NCBI GenBank assembly: GCA_963710755.1
Contig: CAVQBK010000003.1
Location: 1,152,001-1,216,000, forward strand
Length of the DNA: 64,000 nucleotides
Reading direction: 5' to 3'
DNA from: an uncultured bacterium
GTDB lineage: Bacteria; Oederibacteriota; JAAXVQ01; JAUVAV01
Shown here: piece by piece, positions 39,810 through 49,995 of the stretch
How the letters are laid out: the number at the start of each line of letters is the position of its first letter
Position numbering within the stretch: position 1 is the stretch's first letter
Translations under genes and position numbers: made by a program
The notes under the pieces: generated by a model
Told to the model about the DNA's origin: nothing
What the model saw: only the letters and a program-made list of their open reading frames with translations
The model's database searches: none

Positions 39810-42800
39810 ATGCTAAAACCACGGTGGGATAACCTTGGCCACATGGGAAAGCTTGTATCAAGTCGCCCGACAAGACCGGCCGAGCGCCTGCAGGTCATGC
39901 TGAAGCGCAGTGTAACCCTATTGTTGTCAGTATTTATGTTTTTGCCTCATGTGACGTGGGCCTTTTCTTCTTTGCCAAGATATGGTGATCCCATTGTCAT
40001 CAACGATCGTCCCTTGGCAGTGCCATCTTATTTGGGAAAAATCAGAGCTTTGAAAAAAGGTAAAAACAAACTGGTCATTCATATTCAGGATTTCCATTGT
40101 CACGACCAAATTCAAGAAACCATTGCGCAGTTGATCAAGTACCTTCATTATTCTTATGGGGTCAACCTGGTGGCGATCGAAGGTGCCCGTGGTCCTTTGG
40201 ATATTTCAAAACTGTCTACTTTCCCATTGGAAGAAATTAAGCAGCAGGTAGGCCACTATTTTATTAGACAAGGAAAATTGTCGGGCGCGGAATTGGCGGT
40301 GGCCCTTGATCCCAAGGGCCTGCGATTGGTGGGCATAGAAGATGAGGTGCTCTATCAACAAAGTTACGCTTTGGTGCAAAACTTTTATTCGCGGGAGGTG
40401 GAGGGGGTCCTACTTGATTTGCGCCAAGCTTTCGAGGACCTCAAACCCGCCATCTACTCCCCTGAACTTCGGAAATGGGATAGCCTTAAAGTAGCCCTGC
40501 ATAACGGTAAAATCTCCTTTTATCATTATTGTGAATTGCTAATCAAAGCAGCCCGAACACAACATCTAAATCCGGCACCTTACGGCCATGTCATGACCTA
40601 TCTGGCCACCAAACAGGCCAGTTTCAGCAACACCATAGATGTGAAGGTGCTCTTTCAGCAGGTGAGGGCTTTGGACCAGGCGGGGCGGGAACTTTTCTAT
40701 CAGCAAGACAAGCAACGGACTTTTGACCAATTGCTCGATTATTTGGAAATGATTCAGAATTTACTGGGCATTTCCATTACTGATGACGAATTGGAGATGA
40801 TCCGGCACCATCGGGAAGCGTTCCGCTTAAAACGTTTTCTTGATTTTTATAAAACTTATGGCAACGAAGGCATGCTGCTGCTCGATGATCAAGTGGTGCG
40901 TTTGGACCAATGGGTGGATGACGGCTTGCACTTTTACCAGTTGGCAGATGAGCGGAGCAACCAATTTGTACGCCATACCTTGGAGGCCATGGCAAACCAG
41001 CAACAATCGGTTGCGGTTTTGATCACCGGGGGGTATCACAGCCAGCATATTGAGGAAGCGCTTAAACAAGCCGGCGTGAGTTATATCGGGGTTGATCCCC
41101 AAATGCGTCAATTTGATTTGCAGAACCCTTATACTGAACTCATCCGCGGTTATAAAACCCCTTTGGAAAAAATCCTGGCGCTCAATAATGATTTAATGGC
41201 CTTAAAACCTTTTGCAGTTCCTTTGCAGCGCGGACAATTGCCGGTGGGTGAAAATCTGCCGCAAGATAAACGTAGTGATTATGCATTGATGGACCTCATG
41301 TTGGAAACCGCGACCACGGGGGCTGTGATTAATCGTGAGAAGGCGCGCTTTGTCAAAAAGAAAGTGACGGCAGCGGTAAAGGCTGTCCTGGACAATTATC
41401 CGGCTGATAATCCAAAGGTAGGTTTGGCTCTGGACGACCTGGCGGGCGACAGCCACGTATGCCATGTGCCTCTGAAGCATTCAGCCTTTGAAGCGGTTTT
41501 TTACCATCCACAAGATGATGCTATGGTCGATAAGGTAGCCGCTACCACGGTGCCTTTGGCCGGGGGTCAAAAAGCAGCGTTTTATAAGCGTAGCTTGTGG
41601 CCAACCATTCAAAAGGCGCTGACCAAGGTCAATCGCAAAACCGTCACCACCGTAGCCTTCTCTCTTCGGCAATGGCGTACGCAAGCCAAACAAATTTTGG
41701 GCATCTGGTTTCGCCAGCTGCTGCCAACGGGGGAAAGCCGGGGGTTGATTTGGCGTACGGCCAAAAGCATGGCCATGGCAGCGGCACTGTTTATGGCCGG
41801 TGGGTTTTTAAACATGGCCCAAGCTGCCACCACGCTTATCCATTATACAGTAGCCAAGTATGACCGTTTATCCGCTGTTGCCCGGCGTTTGGGCGTTGAT
41901 GTGTCGAGTTTTCATCTGGCCAATCCTGATCTCATTCATCCCGGCGATCAGGTGTCTGCCGTGGTGGCGGATGCGGATAAAATCAGACAGGCCGGTCATC
42001 ATGCCCGGGGCGTGGTAGACGTGTTCCCCCTTTCGGACAGGGATTTTGATATACCCAGCCCCTCCCCAAAGTTTGATATGCCGCTGCCTTCCCGCGATTT
42101 TGATATACCAGATGGCAGTTTTGCCAATCCATTATCTATGGCGCACACAGCCCATGCCACTTATGTGGAGTCAACCTGGCATGGCTTTTCCCATTGGACC
42201 GCTCAAAGTGTCGACGGTCTTTGGCAATCCCTTCACAGCTTGCCGGTTGATGTTCATTGGCTGGTGGGCGGCATTGCGCTTCTGGCCGTGGCTGGCGCTG
42301 TGGCCTTGGCCAAGCCCGTCATAAGCCAACGCACCGCCAGGGCCTCTATTTCCGATTCCTTGAAAAGAGCTTATGTCCAGCGGGAACGGTTGGAAAAAGA
42401 ACTGGCGATCACCTTTGAAAACACGAAAGGCACTTATCACGAGGTGTTCAGCGGCAATTACAGCTTGCTCAGAGCCAAAACCAAGTTCCTCCTTCGGCAT
42501 GATCTCATCCTGAATCCCTTTGTCCTCCGTTATAGCTTGGACCGCTTAAAAGTATTGGCCAAAGAGGTGGAACTCAAACGCCAGGAAGGATTGGAGGTTG
42601 GTTTTAAACAACTGAAAACCATGCTTGCCCATCCTGCGCTTGTGGTGCCCACTCCGGAAACCCTGGCCGATCTGCCCGGTGCCGCCAAAACGTTGCTGCA
42701 AGCGGCGCATCAAAACTATGCCGAGCCCTTGATGGTGCAAGTGGTGACCCGGCTTTTAAACCTGCGCTGGTTGCAACCCCTGGGCCAAGGACGGTCTTAC

Positions 42801-45800
42801 CCCCAAATCGCCCAAGCCGCAGCCCAAGGGGAAAAAAGCCTGGCCGTGGTTGTCTGGTATCGCGTGATGGTGCAAGGGCTCTCGCGGTTGTTTATCCCGT
42901 TTTTTATGCCAATCATATTAATTAAAAATAATTTGGCCCGCCCCTCCCTGATCACGACTTTGTTGATTATCCTGACCGTGGCTGCCAACGTGCAGCTGCC
43001 CTTGACTCCGCCCGGCTGGATCGTGACGGGCATCATCAGCATGGCGCTGGTGAACGAGGTCCTGATCATCCATTACCTGGATCAGCGACGGCAAGCAATT
43101 AAGGCCAACAACAAGCCGGCGTATGCTTCTGAAGAAGAAAGGAAGCAGGCCGAAGAGGTTGGCCAATTGGCCGTCCGGAAAAAAATTAAATTAGCCGTCA
43201 TGCCTATTTATATGGAAATGATGAGTGATTTGAAATTGGCCATTGGCTTGGTGCCTATTGTCACCCAGCTGTCGCCTGATCCCACTTCCTGGACCATGAC
43301 CTTTGTGTTGATGACGGTTTTGCTGGGCATGATGGGGGTTTTGGTTATGACGGCCAACATTGCCATGACCAGGAGCAGGGAAAAACGGTGGTTGAAACTA
43401 AGTGAACTATTTTGGACCCTCATTGATGAATGGAAAAAGATCTGGGCAGGCATGGTTCAGGACTTTCATGATTTTCTTAAAAACAAGGCCATGCAACCGC
43501 ACACGACGTTGCTGGCCGTCGGGCTGTTCATCATGGCCAGGATGTTCGATTACAGTTCCAAGTTTTTAGCCCTCGGTTCCCTGGCTGCCATTGGTCTTTA
43601 TGCCGGGACAGGGGTCGCCATGATCTTTGTGGCCATTATTCTTATTAAAAATTACACCAAGGACTCGGACTGGTTGGAAAAGTTGGCCACCAATACCATC
43701 AAAATTGTGGCGGCCGTGGTGCTTATTGAAGTCAGTAAATTTCCAGCGGCGTTTTTCATGGCTGTTTTTTTAGGCAATGCGCTGGGCGGGCAGGTGCAGG
43801 ACGTTAGCCTGAAAATGTTTAAGAAAGTAGCCGGCATTTTGTCCTTTGCACAATTTTTCCTCAACGTGGCCGACTTTATCCTACGCAAACAAAAATTATC
43901 GGCATTGCCAATGCAGCGAGCCGACAAAACCAAGAAACGCTCTTTACTCAATCGTATATGGGACAATTTCCAGCCAGGCCAGCCCATTCGGGACATTGCC
44001 ATGTTTTTTGCTTTTGCTTCTTTGCTATTCATTACTTATCATATCAGTCCGGCCGTGCCGTTGTTGCTCAGCCTGCAACTATTCAGCTTGATCGGCCTGA
44101 TTACCAAGTGGCTGACCATGTCCAAAAATTTCAAAGTTAATCAAACCGTTAAAATCACCACTTTGGCCTCCTTGATACCTGCTTCATTGCTGATTTTTTC
44201 CATGGTATTTACAGGCGGCTTGGCTTGGATTGGCCAAACCTGGCCGGCCTTGCTGCCCGAAGCCCTGGCGACCCCCATGGTGCAGTTTGGCACCATGTTT
44301 CATTTTCTGAACGGTACGCTGGTGGATCTTTCCGTTTTTGTGGTATTTATGTACAGCCTGCTTGGTTTCTCCAGCGTGCTCAAGGATCAGGATAAGATCA
44401 GCAAAGTATCGGAAGTGGCCTATTCCAGGACCAAGACGCTGCAGCAAATTATTGATCATTATATTGAAGGTGTGGTGCTCTATATTTATCAACATCCCGG
44501 CGTGACACCGGACATGGCCAGGCTCAGGCAACTTTGCAAAACCGGTCATCTGCTTTTGGTGCCCAAAAAAGCGGCCCCCAGTTGGATGGGCGATCTGATC
44601 AAAAGCGGGATATTTTCCTTTGGCAATGAAATTTATATCCGCCGCCGGGTTTTTAACCTGGTCAGCGACCGTACCGTGGCCGGGTTGGTAATCCGTGAAG
44701 GCCTGCTGCAAGCCGGGCTGCCCATAGGGGAAGTCCGGGCCATTGTGGAACATCTGACCCACCGTTCGGCCGTGGATCTGGCCTTATTGCCAAAAAAAAT
44801 TCTGGAGAGCAAGGAAATGGAAATGGACACGGTCCTGGCTTTTGAAAGGACCGGCAAGCCATTAAGCGAGAAGAAAAGAGCCAAGCGGCAATATCATGCT
44901 CTGCAATGGCGTTACAACCTTACTTTTGAAACACCATTCCAGGACGATATCCAAACCTTTTGCGGTAACTGGGGGGACCTGAATAATAAAATTCAGATCC
45001 TTCTGCTTCATGGCATTACGCCTCATCCCTTTTTCTTGAAGTATGAACAGAACCAAATTGAGGCAGCAGCCAAGATCCTGGAGCAACAAAAAAAACCAGG
45101 CCGCCGTCTGAGCTTGGGAGATTACAAATGGGCCATGGAGCAGGTCATTGAAAGGGAAGCGGCGCACGAAGGGACATCTATTTTGGAAGTCCAGGAAAAT
45201 GCCCACCTGGATGAGGACAGTTATTTCCAAACCGCAGGTAGTGACATTAAAAGCCTGGAGCGCCGTGGGGAACAACAGACTGACAAGGCGGTGGTCAACT
45301 TGGAAGGTTGGGCTTTGATTAAACAAAGCGCCATTAATTTTTTCTACCGTCATGATGAGCGGGAACCAAAGAGACGGGTGTTGCGGCTGCCCTGGCTCAT
45401 TTTGGTCGTCATCCTCCTTGGGCCCGTGGCCATGATCAAAGAAGCAGCCGTTTCCGTGAGCCATGCGGTGGTGGCCATCAACCGCAAGCTTTTTATGCAA
45501 CGCCACAAGGAACTCAAAACGGCGGAGGTGGCGCCAGAAACTTGGGAGGATAAGAAGGGGTTATTAAGACAATACGGCCTACCCTTGGATCCCTTCTTTG
45601 ACTTATTCAGCTTGGCCAGATTAACTATTGCGCTACCCAAAATTAAACAAAAAATAGAGGAAGGAAACCGCCCCGATACCAGCCTCTATGTGCAAGTACT
45701 CCAAGAAAGCCAGCGTTCCAAGGGGCCTGGAAAAGGCCATCATTCCCAAAAGCATGCCGCCATCTTCTCGCCGGCTCTCGATGGTCAAGAATTAGGATAT

Positions 45801-48014
45801 CTGACAGAGCAAGCCGCTGCGGGCGCCATGCCCGTCAAAGAGGAATTGGGATTCTGGGGCAAGGTTCTGGAAAAGATATTAATGGTCATTATATTTGAAG
45901 AAAATAATGATGGGATCGATCAGCGACAGCTGCGCTGGCCCTGGTCCAAGCTGGGTCCGATGGTAAGAGGGGCGCTTGCTTACAGCCGGTTGTTGCTGGC
46001 CTCCTGGCTAACCGCGCCGGCCCACACAAAGGAAGTGACGGTGGACGAAACCCAGCCAGCCGTCAGGCGTCTGCTCTTGGAGGCCGGCTTGCCAGATGTG
46101 ATGACCACCAGCTTTTTAGCCAACCGTGCCGGCTTTGAAATTAAACCAGTCCACTTGGCGGGGATTAAGGTGGAAGGCCGCTTGCCGTGGTTGAAGCCAG
46201 CCTATTGGCAGGGATATTACCAAGAGGAAGGCCGTCATAGGGAGCCCACCATTTATGTTCCCAATGCTTTGCTTGATATAGTGTTAAACCGCCAAAGCAA
46301 TAGCCAAGCTGGATGGCAGGCTTGGATTGCTGGTCTGAAATACCGAGCGCTGCGATGGTATTTTAAACTGGTGCTGCAGCATCATCGCGATAACTATTAT
46401 GCCCAAAAGGGACAGGACCTGAGTGACCTGATTATTAGCCAACGGCGACAAGCCTTGACATCGGAGTACACTCTTGCACCCTTGCCTGCAAGCAGCCAGA
46501 CCACGAAAGTGAAAGAACAGTACCGATCGTGGTTCCTGGAACAAGCCGGTTGGCTTCATGCAGCTGCTGCCAAAAGTCAAACCGATCCTTTGACCGTTGA
46601 GGCTTATCGCCATCCGCAAGAGCATATGGTTTTGGGTCTGTATGATTTGGTAAGTATTGTCGAGCAGGAATTGGCGCCTTTAAAGCACTGGCTGAATGCA
46701 GGCTCGGAACCAAACACTTTAGATGTAGAAGCCTTGCTGCAACAACAAGCCAAACGTGGTGCTGACATCAGTCCGGTGACGTTGTTACACCAGATCCCTG
46801 AACTGCAACAGACCATGCTCAGTGAAGGCTTGCAGGTTATTCAAACCGCACTGCAGGAGGCGCAGACAACCGCATTGCCGCAAGCCCTGATACGGCAAGA
46901 CAGCTTGGCCTACCTGGTGCAGCATCAGGCCAGCAGATCGAATCATCTGCGCCTGGTTCAGCAGGTTACTGACTATCCGCAGCAGGTTTCCTTACTGTCC
47001 ATGCCCCAGACCGCCCGGCTGTTAATTACTATGATCGATCAATGGATGACCAAAGTCCTGGTCCAAGGGGGGGTGCCGCCACAGGTGCTGGAGCAAGTAC
47101 AGTATCTCACCCAATTGAAGATAGCCTTGCAGGAGATGACGGCGGCGAGGCCAGGGACATTGATTCCTTTGGCACCGTCTTTGGGTCATCGGGTTTGGGA
47201 TTCGGCTGCAGAAGTGGCCCAGGAGGAACAACCTGAGCTCATGAGTCTGGGCCAGGATTTGAACAACTACCAGTATGCTTTTACCAATGGCCGTGTAAAC
47301 GTCATGGAAATCGGAGAAGATGCCATGCTGGTCAGTAGGCAGGTTGTCAATATCACCAGCCTGGATAAATTGGATTCTTCCATCCAGGCCTTAAGCCTCA
47401 TGGAGTCGGGTGCAGTAATTTCTGAAATTTATCAAGGCCGGGAAAACAACGCTGAATCCCCTGAGCCGGACTCATTCTGGCTGGACCCTCTTAAGAAAAC
47501 AGGGCTGCATTTGGTATTGCTGCTCCCGGGAGCTTGGCAACAACCTTATCTGCGCTTTTGGCTAAGCCAGGATCCAGCCTTGGTGGCAGAAGTCCAATTG
47601 TCCAGCACCCCCTCGCCATTGGCCGGGTTATTGCGCGATCATCGGACACCTTTGAGGCAATTATATGAACGCTGGGCCAGGACCCGAACTGAGGACCAGC
47701 TAACCGCTTTGGTTCGTGCCATGATTCGTGTCATTGCCCACTTGGACAAGAAACAGGACATTCAGGCCAGTTTGGAGACCCTGTCGGGGATAAGTCGTCT
47801 GCCGGGTATGCATGCCGAAATGATCGGTAAATGGCTTGACAAGGAAAGTAAGCATTATCAAGTGTTCGTACCGGGGGTGCTCCTACAGCCTGGCCAAGGG
47901 GGCGCGCTGGGAGCGCTTATTGATGTACTCAATCCCCTGCCGGTCCAGCTGGAAAAACAAATAGGCGAACACTATAAACGCCGGCTCTTCCGCGACGCGG
48001 CTCAGGCTGCTTAA
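39810..48014 (+). CDS. giant (2734 aa) multi-pass membrane protein with predicted TIKI/EreA/ChaN-like N-domain and LysM
   Basis: 8.2-kb uninterrupted ORF with AAGGAG RBS; HIQDFH..IEG..R..GGYH; LysM-like 'YTVAKYDRLSAVARRLGV...NPDLIHPGDQV' at ~41841-41955; many hydrophobic helices ~42260-44390. Confidence 0.85.
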   Translation: MLKPRWDNLGHMGKLVSSRPTRPAERLQVMLKRSVTLLLSVFMFLPHVTWAFSSLPRYGDPIVINDRPLAVPSYLGKIRALKKGKNKLVIHIQDFHCHDQIQETIAQLIKYLHYSYGVNLVAIEGARGPLDISKLSTFPLEEIKQQVGHYFIRQGKLSGAELAVALDPKGLRLVGIEDEVLYQQSYALVQNFYSREVEGVLLDLRQAFEDLKPAIYSPELRKWDSLKVALHNGKISFYHYCELLIKAARTQHLNPAPYGHVMTYLATKQASFSNTIDVKVLFQQVRALDQAGRELFYQQDKQRTFDQLLDYLEMIQNLLGISITDDELEMIRHHREAFRLKRFLDFYKTYGNEGMLLLDDQVVRLDQWVDDGLHFYQLADERSNQFVRHTLEAMANQQQSVAVLITGGYHSQHIEEALKQAGVSYIGVDPQMRQFDLQNPYTELIRGYKTPLEKILALNNDLMALKPFAVPLQRGQLPVGENLPQDKRSDYALMDLMLETATTGAVINREKARFVKKKVTAAVKAVLDNYPADNPKVGLALDDLAGDSHVCHVPLKHSAFEAVFYHPQDDAMVDKVAATTVPLAGGQKAAFYKRSLWPTIQKALTKVNRKTVTTVAFSLRQWRTQAKQILGIWFRQLLPTGESRGLIWRTAKSMAMAAALFMAGGFLNMAQAATTLIHYTVAKYDRLSAVARRLGVDVSSFHLANPDLIHPGDQVSAVVADADKIRQAGHHARGVVDVFPLSDRDFDIPSPSPKFDMPLPSRDFDIPDGSFANPLSMAHTAHATYVESTWHGFSHWTAQSVDGLWQSLHSLPVDVHWLVGGIALLAVAGAVALAKPVISQRTARASISDSLKRAYVQRERLEKELAITFENTKGTYHEVFSGNYSLLRAKTKFLLRHDLILNPFVLRYSLDRLKVLAKEVELKRQEGLEVGFKQLKTMLAHPALVVPTPETLADLPGAAKTLLQAAHQNYAEPLMVQVVTRLLNLRWLQPLGQGRSYPQIAQAAAQGEKSLAVVVWYRVMVQGLSRLFIPFFMPIILIKNNLARPSLITTLLIILTVAANVQLPLTPPGWIVTGIISMALVNEVLIIHYLDQRRQAIKANNKPAYASEEERKQAEEVGQLAVRKKIKLAVMPIYMEMMSDLKLAIGLVPIVTQLSPDPTSWTMTFVLMTVLLGMMGVLVMTANIAMTRSREKRWLKLSELFWTLIDEWKKIWAGMVQDFHDFLKNKAMQPHTTLLAVGLFIMARMFDYSSKFLALGSLAAIGLYAGTGVAMIFVAIILIKNYTKDSDWLEKLATNTIKIVAAVVLIEVSKFPAAFFMAVFLGNALGGQVQDVSLKMFKKVAGILSFAQFFLNVADFILRKQKLSALPMQRADKTKKRSLLNRIWDNFQPGQPIRDIAMFFAFASLLFITYHISPAVPLLLSLQLFSLIGLITKWLTMSKNFKVNQTVKITTLASLIPASLLIFSMVFTGGLAWIGQTWPALLPEALATPMVQFGTMFHFLNGTLVDLSVFVVFMYSLLGFSSVLKDQDKISKVSEVAYSRTKTLQQIIDHYIEGVVLYIYQHPGVTPDMARLRQLCKTGHLLLVPKKAAPSWMGDLIKSGIFSFGNEIYIRRRVFNLVSDRTVAGLVIREGLLQAGLPIGEVRAIVEHLTHRSAVDLALLPKKILESKEMEMDTVLAFERTGKPLSEKKRAKRQYHALQWRYNLTFETPFQDDIQTFCGNWGDLNNKIQILLLHGITPHPFFLKYEQNQIEAAAKILEQQKKPGRRLSLGDYKWAMEQVIEREAAHEGTSILEVQENAHLDEDSYFQTAGSDIKSLERRGEQQTDKAVVNLEGWALIKQSAINFFYRHDEREPKRRVLRLPWLILVVILLGPVAMIKEAAVSVSHAVVAINRKLFMQRHKELKTAEVAPETWEDKKGLLRQYGLPLDPFFDLFSLARLTIALPKIKQKIEEGNRPDTSLYVQVLQESQRSKGPGKGHHSQKHAAIFSPALDGQELGYLTEQAAAGAMPVKEELGFWGKVLEKILMVIIFEENNDGIDQRQLRWPWSKLGPMVRGALAYSRLLLASWLTAPAHTKEVTVDETQPAVRRLLLEAGLPDVMTTSFLANRAGFEIKPVHLAGIKVEGRLPWLKPAYWQGYYQEEGRHREPTIYVPNALLDIVLNRQSNSQAGWQAWIAGLKYRALRWYFKLVLQHHRDNYYAQKGQDLSDLIISQRRQALTSEYTLAPLPASSQTTKVKEQYRSWFLEQAGWLHAAAAKSQTDPLTVEAYRHPQEHMVLGLYDLVSIVEQELAPLKHWLNAGSEPNTLDVEALLQQQAKRGADISPVTLLHQIPELQQTMLSEGLQVIQTALQEAQTTALPQALIRQDSLAYLVQHQASRSNHLRLVQQVTDYPQQVSLLSMPQTARLLITMIDQWMTKVLVQGGVPPQVLEQVQYLTQLKIALQEMTAARPGTLIPLAPSLGHRVWDSAAEVAQEEQPELMSLGQDLNNYQYAFTNGRVNVMEIGEDAMLVSRQVVNITSLDKLDSSIQALSLMESGAVISEIYQGRENNAESPEPDSFWLDPLKKTGLHLVLLLPGAWQQPYLRFWLSQDPALVAEVQLSSTPSPLAGLLRDHRTPLRQLYERWARTRTEDQLTALVRAMIRVIAHLDKKQDIQASLETLSGISRLPGMHAEMIGKWLDKESKHYQVFVPGVLLQPGQGGALGALIDVLNPLPVQLEKQIGEHYKRRLFRDAAQAA

Positions 48015-48048
48015 AAGTCATTAAGTCGCTAAAAAAAGCATTTTTATC

Positions 48049-48077
48049 TTGACAAAAGGCCATTAAATTCATAAATT
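48049..48077 (+). promoter_or_regulatory. sigma70-type promoter of rplM-rpsI
   Basis: TTGACA-17 nt-TAAATT. Confidence 0.7.
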
Positions 48078-48181
48078 GTTCACTCTGTTCTTGGCCCTTT
48101 AGGGAAGCACCTGTCCTTTTCAAATCGCAGGTCCCTTTCCCGGGTATTTTAGGTAGATGAATGATGCAGGAGGAATAGCAT

Positions 48182-48610
48182 ATGTCCACGCCTTTTCCCA
48201 AAGGTGGTAATGTAGATCGCAAATGGTTCCTGGTTGACTTGGATGGTGTTGTCCTAGGTCGTGCCGCCAGTAAAATAGCCAGTATCCTTAAAGGAAAACA
48301 CAAACCCATCTATACCCCCCATGCGGATACCGGGGATTTTGTGGTGGTCGTCAATGCGGAAAAAGTTCGTTTGACCGGGAAGAAACTCGACCAAAAAATA
48401 GATTTCACCCATTCCGGATGGCCGGGCGGAGCCAAATACACGCCCTATAAAGAATTGATTGCCAAACATCCGGAACGGTTGTTCCAACTGGCTGTGAAGG
48501 GCATGCTGCCAAAAAACAGCCTCGGCCAAGCGATGATTAAAAAACTTAAAATCTATAAGGGTGCAGAGCATCAACAGCAAGCTCAACATCCGGAAAAATT
48601 GGAGATTTAA
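48182..48610 (+). CDS. rplM: 50S ribosomal protein L13
   Basis: [30 protein letters not shown]. Confidence 0.98.
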   Translation: MSTPFPKGGNVDRKWFLVDLDGVVLGRAASKIASILKGKHKPIYTPHADTGDFVVVVNAEKVRLTGKKLDQKIDFTHSGWPGGAKYTPYKELIAKHPERLFQLAVKGMLPKNSLGQAMIKKLKIYKGAEHQQQAQHPEKLEI

Positions 48611-48613
48611 GGC

Positions 48614-49024
48614 ATGGAAAACAGTGCTCAAGCAACCCCGTTAGAATTTATTGGCGCCGGACGGCGCAAAACCTCGGTGGCCCGGGTACGGTTAAGGCCA
48701 GGGCAAGGACAGATCACCATTAATCGTTTGCCGGCGGAACAATATTTCCACAGCCGTACCCATCAGCAATTGATCCGCAAACCCCTGGAGGCTACGGCTA
48801 CGGCCAACAAATTTGATGTCTGGATTAATGTCAAAGGCGGGGGCTTTACCGGTCAGAGCGGTGCTATTATTCATGGTTTGGCCAGAGCCTTAGTACAGGC
48901 GGATATGGATTTGAAATCCACCCTTTCCAAAGCTGGTTATCTCACCCGCGATTCCCGTATGGTCGAACGTAAAAAATACGGCCAACCGGGCGCCAGAAAA
49001 AGATTCCAATTCTCAAAACGTTAA
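48614..49024 (+). CDS. rpsI: 30S ribosomal protein S9
   Basis: GRRKTSVARV, GGGFTGQ, ERKKYG..ARKRFQFSKR. Confidence 0.98.
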   Translation: MENSAQATPLEFIGAGRRKTSVARVRLRPGQGQITINRLPAEQYFHSRTHQQLIRKPLEATATANKFDVWINVKGGGFTGQSGAIIHGLARALVQADMDLKSTLSKAGYLTRDSRMVERKKYGQPGARKRFQFSKR

Positions 49025-49039
49025 TATAAATTTTTATCC

Positions 49040-49076
49040 AAAAGCGCTGTCCATAGATATGGGCAGCGCTTTTTTT
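49040..49076 (+). terminator. Rho-independent terminator
   Basis: AAAAGCGCTGTCCAT-agat-ATGGGCAGCGC followed by T7. Confidence 0.9.
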
Positions 49077-49248
49077 ATTACGTTATCGCGAATAGCCCAC
49101 AGCTTGCTGCGCGGTATTTGATGACTCCTCCTTTTATTTTTCCTGATATTCCACAACCCCTATTTATTTGATTGCCCCTAAGACAATGGCTCTTACCATT
49201 ATTTATATTTCCAAGCCGGCGGCGCTGCAACTGAAACTATCCAGTTCT

Positions 49249-49411
49249 TGTTGCGGAAACAGATTTTTTCGATCTTAATAAAAAATCCCTCTCCTCTTGG
49301 GAGAGGTAAGGTGAGGGATTATATTTAGAATCAAAGGCTTTTACCCCCTCACCCTTCCCCTCTCCCCCAAATTCGGGGGAGAGGGGATATGAAAATGTCC
49401 TTTCCGCAACA
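49249..49411. mobile_element. MITE-like element with 11-bp TIRs enclosing CCCTCTCC/GGGAGAGG palindromes
   Basis: TGTTGCGGAAA (49249) / TTTCCGCAACA (49401); internal CCCTCTCCtctTGGGAGAGG..GGTGAGGG and CCCTCACC..CCCCTCTCCCCCaaattcGGGGGAGAGGGG. Confidence 0.6.
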
Positions 49412-49452
49412 GAAACGAGCTGTAAAAAAAGTGGGGACCTGTCTTTTATTTA

Positions 49453-49520
49453 TTGACAAAGTGGCATGTGGGGGGTAAATTATCCCAAGAAGTGGGGAAA
49501 AGTGGTGGAAAGTGGGGATA
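49453..49520 (+). promoter_or_regulatory. dcw promoter with MraZ-binding repeats
   Basis: TTGACA-17 nt-TAAATT; AGTGG repeated with 10-bp period at 49491, 49501, 49511, the established MraZ-box arrangement. Confidence 0.85.
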
Positions 49521-49524
49521 ACTC

Positions 49525-49962
49525 TTGTTCCTAGGAACCTATGAACATAATTTGGACGAAAAAGGCCGGCTCTCCATTCCCTCCCGTTTTCGCGAGGTCA
49601 TGGCAGAAAAACAAGTTCCTGAACGGTTGATTATAACCCAGGGGCTTGATGCCTGCCTTTTTGGTTATACATTGGACGAGTGGAAGGCTTTTGAAACCAA
49701 GGTTATCAATCGTCCCCTCAATCGTGGAGATGATCGTTATTTTGTGCGCCGCATGTTTGCAGGCGCCGTGGACTGCAGCTTGGATAAACAAGGCAGAATT
49801 ATGCTGCCTTCCAATTTAAGAACTTATGCCGCCCTGTCCAAGGAAGCCGTGGTGGTGGGTGTTTCCAACCGCATTGAAATATGGTCGCCCGAAAGGTGGG
49901 AGCAGTACCTTTCCTCCGGGAAATCTTTAGAGGATATTGCGGAACAGTTGCAGGACCTTTAA
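49525..49962 (+). CDS. mraZ: transcriptional regulator MraZ
   Basis: FLGTYEHNLDEKGRLSIP, LDKQGRI, RIEIW. Confidence 0.97.
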   Translation: MFLGTYEHNLDEKGRLSIPSRFREVMAEKQVPERLIITQGLDACLFGYTLDEWKAFETKVINRPLNRGDDRYFVRRMFAGAVDCSLDKQGRIMLPSNLRTYAALSKEAVVVGVSNRIEIWSPERWEQYLSSGKSLEDIAEQLQDL

Positions 49963-49995
49963 TACGGGCCGCCGGCCCAAACCGAGAAAGGGGGT

